Assembly: GCA_963741945.1 (NCBI GenBank)
Contig: CAVUKA010000003.1
Location: forward strand, 448,001-512,000
Source: an uncultured Gemmatimonadales bacterium
Lineage (GTDB): Bacteria; Gemmatimonadota; Gemmatimonadetes; Longimicrobiales; RSA9
Direction: 5' to 3'
DNA length: 64,000 nucleotides
Shown here: positions 1 through 9,700 of the stretch, piece by piece
Layout of the letters: each line of letters opens with the position of its first letter
Position numbering within the stretch: the first letter of the stretch is position 1
Program-made: the position numbers and the translations under genes
The notes under the pieces: model-generated
What the model was told of the DNA's origin: nothing
Databases searched by the model: none
The model's input: only the letters and a program-made list of their open reading frames with translations

Positions 1-855
1 GAAGAGGGTGAACTGTCCCAGGACGACGAGGCCGCTGCCGATCACGGCCTTGCGGGCGCCCCGTAGGTCGGGGGCGGCCAGGAGCCGCTGGACGACCATG
101 TGATCCACGCCGTGCGTCGCCATGGAGAGGAACGTGCCGCCCACCAGCCCGGTGACCAGCCAGCGGGCGCTTGCGGGGCCGCCGCCCAGGTGGACCACGC
201 GGAACGTCCCCGCGGCGTCGCCCGCGGCGCGGATGGCGCTCCACCCGCCGGGGACCCGGTCCGCCAGCACCCAGAGCGCCGCCGCGCCGCCGACGATGTA
301 GAGCCCCATCTGGATCACGTCCATCCACACAACGGAGCGCAGGCCGCCGTACCACGTGTAGAGGAGCGTGGCGACGCCCACCAGCAGGATCACCTGCCAG
401 TACGGCCAGCCGGTGATGAGGGCGATGGGGATGGCTGCGGCGAAGATGCGGACGGAGTCGGCGAACGCCCGGGTCACCATGAAGATGGCGGACGAGAACC
501 GCCTCGCCCCGAGCCCGAAGCGGCGCTCCATGAGGGCATAGGCGGTGGTGAGCTCGCCGCGGAAGTAGCCGGGGAGGAGCACGTACGCCACGGCCACGCG
601 TCCCAGCAGGTAGCCGCCCGCGAGCTGGAGGATCCAGAAGTCGGACGCATACGCGGTGGCGGGGACGGAGATGAAGGTGAGGGCACTGGTCTCGGTGGCC
701 ACCACGGAAAGCATGATGGCCCACCAGGGCATGGCGTGGCCGGCGAGGAAGTAGTCGCGGGCTCCGTGCTGGGAGCGGCCCATGTACGTGCCCACGCCCA
801 CCACGCCCACGAGGTAGACCACGAGGACGACCAGATCCAGACCAGTGAACGCCAT
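1..855 (-). CDS. Sodium:solute symporter (SSS/SLC5 family), 3'-truncated by window edge
   Basis: Own translation from CAT at 853-855: MAFTGLDLVVLVVYLVGVVGVG...RDYFLAGHAMPWWAIMLSVVATETSALTFISVP...YTWYGGLRSVVWMDVIQ...QRLLAA, typical SSS motifs; open to position 1. Not listed in the ORF track. Confidence 0.9.
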   Translation of the reverse strand, partial: MAFTGLDLVVLVVYLVGVVGVGTYMGRSQHGARDYFLAGHAMPWWAIMLSVVATETSALTFISVPATAYASDFWILQLAGGYLLGRVAVAYVLLPGYFRGELTTAYALMERRFGLGARRFSSAIFMVTRAFADSVRIFAAAIPIALITGWPYWQVILLVGVATLLYTWYGGLRSVVWMDVIQMGLYIVGGAAALWVLADRVPGGWSAIRAAGDAAGTFRVVHLGGGPASARWLVTGLVGGTFLSMATHGVDHMVVQRLLAAPDLRGARKAVIGSGLVVLGQFTLF

Positions 856-891
856 CGGCGGCTCGGTTTCGGGTTGTGAGGGGCGGGCCGG

Positions 892-2775
892 TCAGCGCAC
901 CACGAACGCCTCGACAGCGTGGAACTCGGGCAGGCCGAGCCGGTCCAGCTCCTCGGCGGTGCCGCGGTTGCGCCCGTCCACGCGCTGCCAGAACTCGCGG
1001 TTGTCGTGCCCGCCGGGGAACGGCGCCGTGTCCTTCTGCGACTGGTGCTTGAAAATGGCGAAGATCTTACGACGCAGCTCTTCGCGCGAGAGCGGGACGA
1101 AGACATCGGCCTCGTGCACCGGCCATTCCTGCCACGCGCCGCGGTACAGCCAGGTCTCGGGGCGTGGCCCGTGGTATTGCTCGAGCGCCCGGTCGATCGC
1201 CTCCTTGCACTGCCGGTGCGTGCCGTGCGGGTCGGACAGGTCGCCGGCGACGAAGATCACGTCCGGCTTCAGCTCCTCCAGCACAGACCGGATGATCTCC
1301 ACATCCTCGGGGCCCACGGCGTTCTTCTTCACCGTCCCCGTCTGATAGAACGGCAGGTCCAGGAAGCGGCACACTTCGCGGGAGTACCCCAGCGATTCCA
1401 CGGCGCTCACCGCCTCGGTTTCGCGGATGTGGCGCTTGATCGCCTGCACCTCCGGAATGTCGACCTCGCCCGGCTCCTTCCCGGCGAGGAACGCTTCGAC
1501 CTTCCCGATCAGCCGCTCCAGCCGCGCGCTCGAATCCGGGTGGGCCGCGGAGTCCGGAGCGCCGGCCGACCGCGGCTCATCCTCGAGCACGTCCCTGCGA
1601 AAGCGGCGCACGAAATCCAGGTAGCGGCGAACCTCGTGGTCGAACACGGCGATGTTGCCGGACGTCATGTAGGCCACGGCGACATCGTTCCGGTTCTCGT
1701 GCAGCTTGCGGAGCGTGCCGCCCATGCTGATGACATCGTCGTCCGGGTGGGGGCTGAAGACGATGATGGACGCATCGCTCGGGAGCCGCGGGTTGTCGCG
1801 GACCTTGGCCTCGAGGCGGTCGAACGCGGAGGTGTTGAGCGCATCGGCGGACGTCCAGAGCGCCAGGAGCGAGGCCAGGTGGTGCTCCTGGTAGTCGGTG
1901 GCGGAGAGCTGGAGGATCGCGCGACCGGAGACGCGGGCGAGCCAGACCACGGCGCGGAGGGCGAGGTCGTCGTCCCATTCCACGGCCCGTACCAGCCAGG
2001 GCGTCTTCACCCGCGTGAGCTCACCGGCCGCCGCGGCGTCGAGGAAGAAGGTTGCATCCGGGTGCTCCTGCAGGTAGGTGGCGGCCACATCCGGCGAGAT
2101 GTCGCCTTCCACGGCGCGCTTGACGATGGTGGCCTTGTGCTCCCCGGTGGCCATGAGGATGACCTCGCGGGCATCGAGGATGGTGGCCACGCCCATGGTG
2201 ATGGCCTCGCGCGGCACGTTCTCCTCACCGAAGAAGTCGGCGGCCGCGTCCTTGCGCGTGACCGAGTCCAGGTGGATGAGGCGCGTGCGGGACTCGCGCC
2301 CGGAGCCCGGCTCGTTGAACCCCACGTGACCCGTCTTGCCGATGCCCAGCAGCTGGATGTCGATGCCGCCGGCAGCGCGAATGGCGGCCTCGTACTCCTG
2401 GGCGTGGCGCTCGACCTGGTCGCGCGGGATGCCGCCGCGGGGGATATGGACGTTGGCCGAGTCGATGTCGATGTGGTCGAACAGGTTCTCCCACATGAAC
2501 CGGTGGTAGCTGTGGATGCTCTCCGGGTCCATGGGGTAGTACTCGTCGAGGTTGAACGTGACCACGTTGCCGAAGCCGAGCCCGTCCTCGCGGTGCATCC
2601 GGATCAGCTCCCGGTACACGCCAATGGGGGTGGAGCCGGTGGCCAGCCCCAGCACCGCGCTCTCCCCGGACGCCTGGCGCTCCCGGATGAGGTTGGCGAT
2701 CCGCCCCGCAACCCGGCGAGCGATATCCTCGTGCTCCTCCACAATGACGACGTCGACTCGCTCGGTGATCGGCAT
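892..2775 (-). CDS. nagB: Glucosamine-6-phosphate deaminase with C-terminal PIG-L/LmbE-like domain (long NagB)
   Basis: GLATGSTP, TFNLDEY, GIGxxGHVGFNEPGS motifs; C-terminal SPHPDDD and DPHGTH motifs. Confidence 0.95.
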   Translation of the reverse strand: MPITERVDVVIVEEHEDIARRVAGRIANLIRERQASGESAVLGLATGSTPIGVYRELIRMHREDGLGFGNVVTFNLDEYYPMDPESIHSYHRFMWENLFDHIDIDSANVHIPRGGIPRDQVERHAQEYEAAIRAAGGIDIQLLGIGKTGHVGFNEPGSGRESRTRLIHLDSVTRKDAAADFFGEENVPREAITMGVATILDAREVILMATGEHKATIVKRAVEGDISPDVAATYLQEHPDATFFLDAAAAGELTRVKTPWLVRAVEWDDDLALRAVVWLARVSGRAILQLSATDYQEHHLASLLALWTSADALNTSAFDRLEAKVRDNPRLPSDASIIVFSPHPDDDVISMGGTLRKLHENRNDVAVAYMTSGNIAVFDHEVRRYLDFVRRFRRDVLEDEPRSAGAPDSAAHPDSSARLERLIGKVEAFLAGKEPGEVDIPEVQAIKRHIRETEAVSAVESLGYSREVCRFLDLPFYQTGTVKKNAVGPEDVEIIRSVLEELKPDVIFVAGDLSDPHGTHRQCKEAIDRALEQYHGPRPETWLYRGAWQEWPVHEADVFVPLSREELRRKIFAIFKHQSQKDTAPFPGGHDNREFWQRVDGRNRGTAEELDRLGLPEFHAVEAFVVR

Positions 2776-2832
2776 GCAGTACCTGTGGTTCGCGCTTGGA
2801 CCCGGGCGCCACCGGTGGCGAAGTCCCGCGGC

Positions 2833-5800
2833 TCAGCCGCCGGTGGGATGCACGATCGGTTCCTCGCCGATGGCGCGGGCGGCCCAGGTCAGGACGTCAC
2901 GGCGCAGCTCCTGGATACCGTGGCCCTCGCGCGTGGGGTCTACCCGGTTCGTGAGCAGGACCACATACAGGTTTCCGACGGGGTCGATCCAGATCATGGT
3001 GCCGGTGAACCCCGTGTGCCCGAAGGCGGACGGCGAGAGCGCGGCTGCGATCCCGGCCGAGCCGGGTGCCCGGGCCCAGCCGAGGGCCGGCGCCGGAGAC
3101 GTGAACGCGCGCACCGTCCCCGGCTCGATCAGCTGGCGACCATCGCAGCGCCCCGCATCCAGCATCATGCGGGCGAAGCGTGCCAGGTCGGCGGCGGTGG
3201 AAAAGAGCCCGGCGTGGCCGGAAACGCCGCCCATCGCATAGGCGTTCTCGTCGTGGACCACGCCGCGGACGTGCGTGTGGCGGAACGTGGTGTCCACCTC
3301 GGTCGGCGCGATGCGCGCCAACGGCTCGCTCCATGCGACGCCGGGCGGCGCCGGCAGTCCGGCTTCCGACCGGATGGCGGCCATGGCCGCGGGACGGGGG
3401 AGGAACCCGGTGTCGCCCATGCCGAGCGGGGCCCATAGCTCCCTGGCCAGGAACGCGTCCAGGGGCTCGCCCGTGACCCGCCGCACGGCCTCGCCCAGGA
3501 GGATGAACCCCAGGTCACTGTAGACTTCCCGCGTGCCCGGCCGATACGACGCCGGCAGTCCGGCAATGGCGGCTGCCATGGCGCTGTCGCCCCGCAGGCC
3601 GCCGCCGGACGGATGCCAGAATCGGATGAAGGGCGGAAGCCCCGCCGTATGGGTGAGGAGCCGGCGCACGGTGACGGAGTCGCGCCAGCCGCCGCGCGGC
3701 CACGCGGGCAGGTACGCCGCCAGCGGCGAGTCGAGCGCCATCCGGCCGCGGTCCACCAGGAGCATCACGGCGCTGGTGGTCCCCACCGCCTTGGTGAGCG
3801 ACGCCAGGTCGTACAACGTGGAGTCGGTGGCGGGCGGCGACCCGGGCGCCCAGTCCAGCCGGCCATAGCCCCTGAGCCGCAGAAGCCGACCCCCCTGCCC
3901 CACCGCCACCGCCGCGCCCGGCGTCACCCGTGCAGCGATGGCGGCCTCGATGGCGGCGTCCAGGGAGTCCAGGACGTTCTCGGCGGCGCCAGCGGCCTGC
4001 GCTTGCCCGACTTCCCGGACGGCGGGGCCGGCGCGGTCGAGCCCGGCGCCGAGCGGCGCGAGCGGCGGGATCGAGATCGGCAGGCGGCCACCGATGGGAG
4101 CGTCGCCCAGGAGTGCGCGGGCGGCGGCCAGCTGGCTGACGGGCGCGTTCCCCCAGGCGAGGAGGTACGTGCCCGCGTCCGGGATCTGACGGAGGACGTA
4201 CGGGCTGCCGAACGAGACCACCACGGTCGGCTTCGCGGCCACCAGCGCGCGCACGCGGGCGGCCACCGGCTCCTCGATTTCGACACTCCCTTTCGATGAG
4301 CGCGTTCGGACGTCGGAGACGAACACCACCAGGTCGGCGCCGTCGGTCAGCGCGAACACGGAGTCGAGCACCGCCGCGGGCTCCCGGGGGCCGAGCCTCG
4401 CCAGCTGCAACGCGGGCGTCGCCTGAGCGAGAGTGGCCGCGAACTGGCGCGCGGCGAACGGGGCGATGTCGTCGCTGTACGCGATGGCGAGGACGCGCGG
4501 GAAGCGGAGCGGCCGCAGCGGGACGAGTCGCTCGCGGTCGCGGACGAGCGTGATGCTCCGGGCCGCGACCCCGGCCGCCACCTGGCGGTGCGAGGCGGCG
4601 CCCACGTGGTCGGGGACGCGATCCAGGGGAACGGTGGGGGCGAGGCGGAGTCCGGCCCGGACTTTCGCTTCCAGGATCTTCCGCACGGAGCGGTCGATGC
4701 GCGCGGCCGGGACGCGGCCGGACTGGACGGCGTCCACCACGGCGTCGATCACGGCGGCCGGGTCCACCGGCTGGAGCAGGATGTCGGCGCCGGCCTCCAC
4801 GGCGCGGACCGCGGCATCGCGGGGACCGAACGCCTTCACCAGCGCGCCCATGTCGAGGGCGTCCGTGATGACCAGCCCGTGGAACCCCATGACTCCCACC
4901 AGGAGGCTGTCGAGCATGCGACGGGAAAGCGTGGCCGGCAGCGTGGAGTCCCCTGACAGCGCCGGCACGGCGATGTGGGCACTCATGACGGCGTCGACGC
5001 CGGCATGGACGAGCGCCCGGAAAGGGGCCAGCTCCACGGTGTCCAGCCGCGCGCTGTCGAGGCGGAGGATGTATGGTGCGAGGTGGGTATCGCCGCTCAC
5101 GTCGCCATGGCCGGGGAAGTGCTTGGCCGTGGCCAGCATCCCGTGCTCCTGGAGCCCGCGCATCTGCGCGACCGCGAAGCGCGACACGGCTCGCGGGTCT
5201 TCGCCATAGCTCCGGGTGTTGATCACCGGATTCGCCGGGTTATTGTTCACATCCGCGACGGGGGCGAGGGCCAGGCGGATGCCCACGGCGCGTGCCTCCT
5301 CGGCGGTGATCCGTCCGACGGCGTACGCCAGCGACGGGTCACCCGTGGCCGCGATGCCCATGGCAGGCGGGAACTCCGTGCCCCCGCCCAGGTCGGCGCC
5401 CCAGGGGAGCAACACGCCCGCGTCCAGCCGCTGACCCGGCCCGTGCTCGACATCGCTCATGACAAGGAGCGGCACACGGGACATGCGCTGCAGCCGATTG
5501 AGCAGCTCCGCCAGCTCGAGGGGTGGGCCGATGGAGTGGATGATCCCGCCCACGCCCAGCTCCTCGACCCAGGAGCGGAGACGCTCCTGCGCCGTGCTCT
5601 CCGTGGGCACGAACGCGCCGGACGTCCAGGGCACGACCATCTGCGCCACGCGGTGCCGCAGATCGAGCCCGGCGAGGGTGGAGTCGACCCAGCGCCGGGC
5701 GGCGTCGTCGAGAGGCTGGAGGCGGAACGTGTCGGCGGCCGCGCCGGCGGAGGAAGGCCCGCGGGCGGCCGGCGTCTCACCGCTTCCGGCGAGATCGGCC

Positions 5801-5901
5801 CCGGCGACCTCGGTCCGCGGTGCGGAGCGCGCCGGGGCGGGCGCACACGAGAACACGGCCGAGGCCGCCAGCAGCGCGGCCGGAAAGATTCGCAAGCTCA
5901 T
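2833..5901 (-). CDS. Lipoprotein: GH3 beta-N-acetylglucosaminidase fused to serine beta-lactamase-family (AmiE-like) domain
   Basis: Signal MSLRIFPAALLAASAVFSC; GH3 motifs APVADVNNNPANPVINTRS, KHFPGHGD, ITDALDM; C-terminal SxxK (LASLTK), LLTHTAGL, YSDLG, GHTGFTG. Start trimmed to ATG 5901. Confidence 0.9.
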   Translation of the reverse strand: MSLRIFPAALLAASAVFSCAPAPARSAPRTEVAGADLAGSGETPAARGPSSAGAAADTFRLQPLDDAARRWVDSTLAGLDLRHRVAQMVVPWTSGAFVPTESTAQERLRSWVEELGVGGIIHSIGPPLELAELLNRLQRMSRVPLLVMSDVEHGPGQRLDAGVLLPWGADLGGGTEFPPAMGIAATGDPSLAYAVGRITAEEARAVGIRLALAPVADVNNNPANPVINTRSYGEDPRAVSRFAVAQMRGLQEHGMLATAKHFPGHGDVSGDTHLAPYILRLDSARLDTVELAPFRALVHAGVDAVMSAHIAVPALSGDSTLPATLSRRMLDSLLVGVMGFHGLVITDALDMGALVKAFGPRDAAVRAVEAGADILLQPVDPAAVIDAVVDAVQSGRVPAARIDRSVRKILEAKVRAGLRLAPTVPLDRVPDHVGAASHRQVAAGVAARSITLVRDRERLVPLRPLRFPRVLAIAYSDDIAPFAARQFAATLAQATPALQLARLGPREPAAVLDSVFALTDGADLVVFVSDVRTRSSKGSVEIEEPVAARVRALVAAKPTVVVSFGSPYVLRQIPDAGTYLLAWGNAPVSQLAAARALLGDAPIGGRLPISIPPLAPLGAGLDRAGPAVREVGQAQAAGAAENVLDSLDAAIEAAIAARVTPGAAVAVGQGGRLLRLRGYGRLDWAPGSPPATDSTLYDLASLTKAVGTTSAVMLLVDRGRMALDSPLAAYLPAWPRGGWRDSVTVRRLLTHTAGLPPFIRFWHPSGGGLRGDSAMAAAIAGLPASYRPGTREVYSDLGFILLGEAVRRVTGEPLDAFLARELWAPLGMGDTGFLPRPAAMAAIRSEAGLPAPPGVAWSEPLARIAPTEVDTTFRHTHVRGVVHDENAYAMGGVSGHAGLFSTAADLARFARMMLDAGRCDGRQLIEPGTVRAFTSPAPALGWARAPGSAGIAAALSPSAFGHTGFTGTMIWIDPVGNLYVVLLTNRVDPTREGHGIQELRRDVLTWAARAIGEEPIVHPTGG

Positions 5902-7315
5902 GGTGCACCGGAAGGTAGCCGCGATCGCTCGGAGCGGGCAATTCGCCCTCTCGACCACAGTGGCGGGGGCGGTTCTGCCGGTTCTGCTCGGGCTCCTGAC
6001 CGCCTGCGGCACCGGCGGTACGGCGGGGGGCGGTCAGGCGGAGCGCGGCGGGGCCACAACGGCCCGATCCGGCGCGTCGCCCGGCGCGGCCGCATCACCG
6101 GCCACGAGCCGGTCCGCCGGACAGCCCGGGCGCGCCGGTTCCGGGCGTGCGGACGCCCCCGTGCTCCTGGGCGTGGACATCCTGCTGCGCGACAGCCTGT
6201 CGCTCCTGCGCGGCCGCCGCGTGGGGCTCATCACGAACCACACGGGGCGCTCGTACGCTTCGCCCGCCGCGGGCGACACGGGAGTCAGCACGATCGACCT
6301 CCTGGCCAGCTCACCGGGCGTGGCGCTGGTGGCGCTCTTCAGTCCCGAGCACGGGATCAGGGGTGATGTCGACCGGAAGGTGGTGAGCGGAGTGGACGAG
6401 GCGACGGGGCTAGCGATCCACTCGCTCTACGGCGCGACGCGGAAGCCGACGGTGGAGATGCTGCGGGGGATCGACGTCCTGGTGTTCGACATCCAGGACA
6501 TCGGCGCGCGCTACTACAGCTACGTCTGGACCATGGCGCTGGCGATGGAAGCGGCCGCGGAGGCCGGGATCCGGTTCCTGGTGCTGGACCGCCCGGATCC
6601 CATCGGGGGCACGCTGGTCCAGGGCAACGTGGCGCCGTCGTACATGCCCGTGGCATTCTACCGGGCGGCCATGCGCCACGGCCTGACCGCCGCCGAGCTC
6701 GCCCGCTACGTCAATGGCGAATACGGGCTGGGCGTCGACCTCCACGTGATCCCGATGGTGGGGTGGCGCCGGTCCATGTGGTGGGGTGACACCGGCGTTC
6801 CCTGGCGCCCCCCGTCGCCGAACATGCCGGCGGTGGAGTCGGCCACGCACTACCCCGGCACATGCCTGTTCGAGGGAACCAACCTCTCCGTGGGACGGGG
6901 AACCCCGCTGGCTTTCCAGCAGGTCGGCGCGCCATGGCTGGATGCCGACGCCGTGGCCGCGTCGCTGCGCGCCCGCCGGCTCCCGGGCGTGGACGTGGAG
7001 CCCGTGACCTTCACGCCCGAAGCGCCCACCGACGGGAAGTTCGCCGGTGAGCCGGTGCGCGGACTGCGCTTCCATGTCACCGACCGGGAGCGCTACGACC
7101 CGGTCCGCACCGCCGTGGCCGCGCTCGTCGAGATCACCCACCGCCACCCGGACCACTTCCGCTGGCGCACCGCCTGGTTCGACGGGCTGGCCGGCGGCCC
7201 CCGCCTGCGCGAGCGGATCCGCGCCGGTGACAGCCTCGATGCCATCACGGCCCCGTGGGCAGCCGAGCGGTCCGTTTGGGAGGAGACCCGGTCGAAGTAC
7301 CTCATGTACCCGTAG
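5900..7315 (+). CDS. namZ: Exo-beta-N-acetylmuramidase NamZ / DUF1343 (YbbC-like) lipoprotein
   Basis: GLITNHTG, LFSPEHG, SLYG, FDIQDIGARYY, LDRPDP, PPSPN, EGTNLSVGRGT motifs; lipobox LLTAC; start uncertain (ATG 5900 or GTG 5960). Confidence 0.88.
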   Translation: MVHRKVAAIARSGQFALSTTVAGAVLPVLLGLLTACGTGGTAGGGQAERGGATTARSGASPGAAASPATSRSAGQPGRAGSGRADAPVLLGVDILLRDSLSLLRGRRVGLITNHTGRSYASPAAGDTGVSTIDLLASSPGVALVALFSPEHGIRGDVDRKVVSGVDEATGLAIHSLYGATRKPTVEMLRGIDVLVFDIQDIGARYYSYVWTMALAMEAAAEAGIRFLVLDRPDPIGGTLVQGNVAPSYMPVAFYRAAMRHGLTAAELARYVNGEYGLGVDLHVIPMVGWRRSMWWGDTGVPWRPPSPNMPAVESATHYPGTCLFEGTNLSVGRGTPLAFQQVGAPWLDADAVAASLRARRLPGVDVEPVTFTPEAPTDGKFAGEPVRGLRFHVTDRERYDPVRTAVAALVEITHRHPDHFRWRTAWFDGLAGGPRLRERIRAGDSLDAITAPWAAERSVWEETRSKYLMYP

Positions 7316-7661
7316 CGCGCGGAGAACGCGGAGGAACAGCGGTCACGCGGAGGCGCGGAGAACGCGGAGGGGGCAGCGCTGGGATTGGGGGGGAGGGGCG
7401 TCGGGGGGTGGCCAGGGTACCGGGGACTCCGGGCAGCTTCGGGTCACCGGGCCAGCACAGGCCACACGAGGCGGCTCTGGCCGCGACGCCGGATCGGCCG
7501 CGAAGCGCGCTCGCGCCAGCCGAACCGGCTCTCGCCCCGACGCCGGATCCCGCCCCGCAGCCCGTTCGCGCCCCGATGCCCGATCCCGCCCCGATGCCGG
7601 CTGCGCCCCAGCTCCCCGGGGGCGCCCGCGAAGCCCTTCGCGATCTCCGCGTCTCCGCGTG
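7316..7661. repeat. CGCGGAG-arm element, copy 1: 28-bp inverted arms (7344-7371 and 7634-7661) around a 262-bp core that contains an 18-bp-period degenerate tandem repeat (~7552-7610)
   Basis: cacgcggaggcgcggagaacgcggaggg ... cccttcgcgatctccgcgtctccgcgtg; right arm is 27/28 identical to 56132-56159. Confidence 0.85.
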
Positions 7662-7727
7662 CCTCCCGTCTCAGGCCTTTCCCTGCCCGCGCCCATCAGC
7701 GTCGTCGCGCGACGAGCGCTCCGCGCC

Positions 7728-8879
7728 TCACCGCTCCAGCATGGCGGCGATGCTCTCGTCGTGGGCGGCGGGGTGGGCGAGGACGGCCACATCGGCGGGG
7801 ATGCGCACATCCACGGGCTGGTCGCGCACGGCGCGGCGGAATCCTCTGCCTTCCAGGACGCGGTGAATGTAGATCCGGCGGACGATCACCAGCGTACTGG
7901 CGAGGACCGGAACCGCGACGAGCAGCCCGATGATCTCCATGAGGTGCGCCATGATGAGCACGCTCAGGAGCGTGAGCACGGGCGGTAGCGAGACCTGCCG
8001 CTCCATGATCATGGGCGCGACGAAATTGGCTTCCACCAGGTGGACCACCACCCCGAGCAGCGCGACCAGCAAGGCCTGGAGCGCGTGTCCCTGCCCCAGC
8101 ACGAAGACGGCCGGGAGGAGTGTGGAGACAAGCGTGCCGAAGAACGGGACAATGGCGACAATGCCGGTGAACACGCCGAAGGCCAGGGCGTAGGGAACGC
8201 GGAGGATCATGAGGCCCACCCAGGTGAAGGTCGCCAGGGTGAACATGGCCAGGAGCTGGCCCACGATCCAGCTGCGCAGCGTGACGGCGAGGTCGGTGAG
8301 GATGTCGCGCACCAGCTCCCGGTGCACGGGCGGTGCCAGCGCGATCAGCCCCTCGCGGTACATGGCCGGCCGGAGCGTCAGGTAGATGCCCATGACCAGC
8401 ACCGAGAAGAAGTGGATGAGGAACTGCATTCCGCTGAACACATACGGCACCACGCTGCGGAAATAGCTCCCGATCTCGGCGGCGATGTTTCCGACGTAGC
8501 TCTCGTTCTCGTCCAGGTGCCCGAACAGGTTGGCGACGAGCGGCTTGCTCTCCGCCAGGTGCACCATGTCGTCTTCCCAGCGCTCCAGCTGCTCCGGCAG
8601 CTGCTGCACCAGCTCACTCGTCTGCTCGGCGACGGGGGGAACGATCAGGGCGCCGATCCCCACCGTTGCGGCGATGGTGAAGAGGATGGCAAAGAGGAGC
8701 CCCAGCGGCCGCGGTACGGCCAGCCGCCGCTGGAGCGTGTCCGTGATGGCGCCCAGGTAGAGGGAGAAGAGGACGGCGATGAACAGCAGCAGCAGGATCT
8801 CCGCCACGCTGTACACGAACAGCAGGAACAGGAGGAAGAAGATCGTCGCGATGACGACGCCCGCGCCCCTCCGGTTCAT
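7728..8879 (-). CDS. AI-2E family (PerM/YhhT-like) membrane transporter
   Basis: Hydrophobic profile; WIVGQL, IVPFFG, EANFVAPMIM, LPPVLTLLSVL, GLLVAVP motifs. Confidence 0.88.
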   Translation of the reverse strand: MNRRGAGVVIATIFFLLFLLFVYSVAEILLLLFIAVLFSLYLGAITDTLQRRLAVPRPLGLLFAILFTIAATVGIGALIVPPVAEQTSELVQQLPEQLERWEDDMVHLAESKPLVANLFGHLDENESYVGNIAAEIGSYFRSVVPYVFSGMQFLIHFFSVLVMGIYLTLRPAMYREGLIALAPPVHRELVRDILTDLAVTLRSWIVGQLLAMFTLATFTWVGLMILRVPYALAFGVFTGIVAIVPFFGTLVSTLLPAVFVLGQGHALQALLVALLGVVVHLVEANFVAPMIMERQVSLPPVLTLLSVLIMAHLMEIIGLLVAVPVLASTLVIVRRIYIHRVLEGRGFRRAVRDQPVDVRIPADVAVLAHPAAHDESIAAMLER

Positions 8880-8927
8880 CGGCGACTCCGGGAACGGTCC
8901 GCGCGCGGAGGGGGTCGCATCCGGCCG

Positions 8928-9695
8928 CTACTCCTCTTCCAGCTGCGCTTCCTGGATTTCGCCGTCCTCGTCATCGTGCGCGCCGCTGGGCAGCGAGGCC
9001 GGCTGCTTCCGAGGGCTCGGCAGCCCCATCTGCTCCTTGAGTGCGGCGAGCCGCCGCTCCACGTCGCCGCCGTTCCCGCCCTCCAGCTGCTTGAACTCCG
9101 TCTCCAGGGAGTCGCCGGTCAGGGTCTGGGTGACCTCGGAGGCGGCCAGCGCCTTCCGCTCCGATTCCTCGATCTTCTCCGCCACGCGCTCGAAAGCGTC
9201 GAACGCCGAACGATCGGAGAGACCGGACATGGTCTCGTGGATTCGACGCTGTGCCTGCGCCCGCTTCTGCTTCGCGACCAGGAGGTTCTTCTTCCGCTTC
9301 GCCTCCTCGATCTTGTCGTTCAGATCACGCAGCGACGACTTGACCTTCTCCGTCTCCTGGGCCTGACGGCGCCAGGTCTCCTCCATCGCGTGCGCCCGCT
9401 CCGCGTGCTCCTGCTGGCGCAGCAGCGCCTGCTTGGCCAGGTCGTCGCGGTTCTCCTTCACCGCCAGCATGGCCCGGCGCTCCCATTCCGCCGCCTGCCT
9501 CGCCTCCTCCTCCACCTGCGAGCGCAGCTTCTGCTCGTCCGCGATGGCCAGCGCCACTTCCTGCTTCGCCTTGCTCAGCTGCTCGCGCATGTCGGCGATC
9601 AGCTGGTTCAGCACCTTCTCCGGGTTCTCCGCCCGCGCGATGGCGTCATTGATGTTGGAGCGAAGCAGCAGCGATAGCTTCTGGAAAATGCCCAT
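8928..9695 (-). CDS. pspA: PspA/IM30 (Vipp1/ESCRT-III-like) protein
   Basis: MGIFQKLSLLLRSNIN...AENPEKVLNQLIADM...WERRAMLAV...DDLAKQAL...AFDAFERVAEKI; coiled coil; acidic tail. Confidence 0.92.
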   Translation of the reverse strand: MGIFQKLSLLLRSNINDAIARAENPEKVLNQLIADMREQLSKAKQEVALAIADEQKLRSQVEEEARQAAEWERRAMLAVKENRDDLAKQALLRQQEHAERAHAMEETWRRQAQETEKVKSSLRDLNDKIEEAKRKKNLLVAKQKRAQAQRRIHETMSGLSDRSAFDAFERVAEKIEESERKALAASEVTQTLTGDSLETEFKQLEGGNGGDVERRLAALKEQMGLPSPRKQPASLPSGAHDDEDGEIQEAQLEEE

Positions 9696-9700
9696 GACCG

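Noticed and set aside
2833-3990. Antibiotic-resistance beta-lactamase
   Set aside because: Domain is fused to GH3 within a peptidoglycan-salvage cluster; an AmiE-like amidase/esterase is more parsimonious
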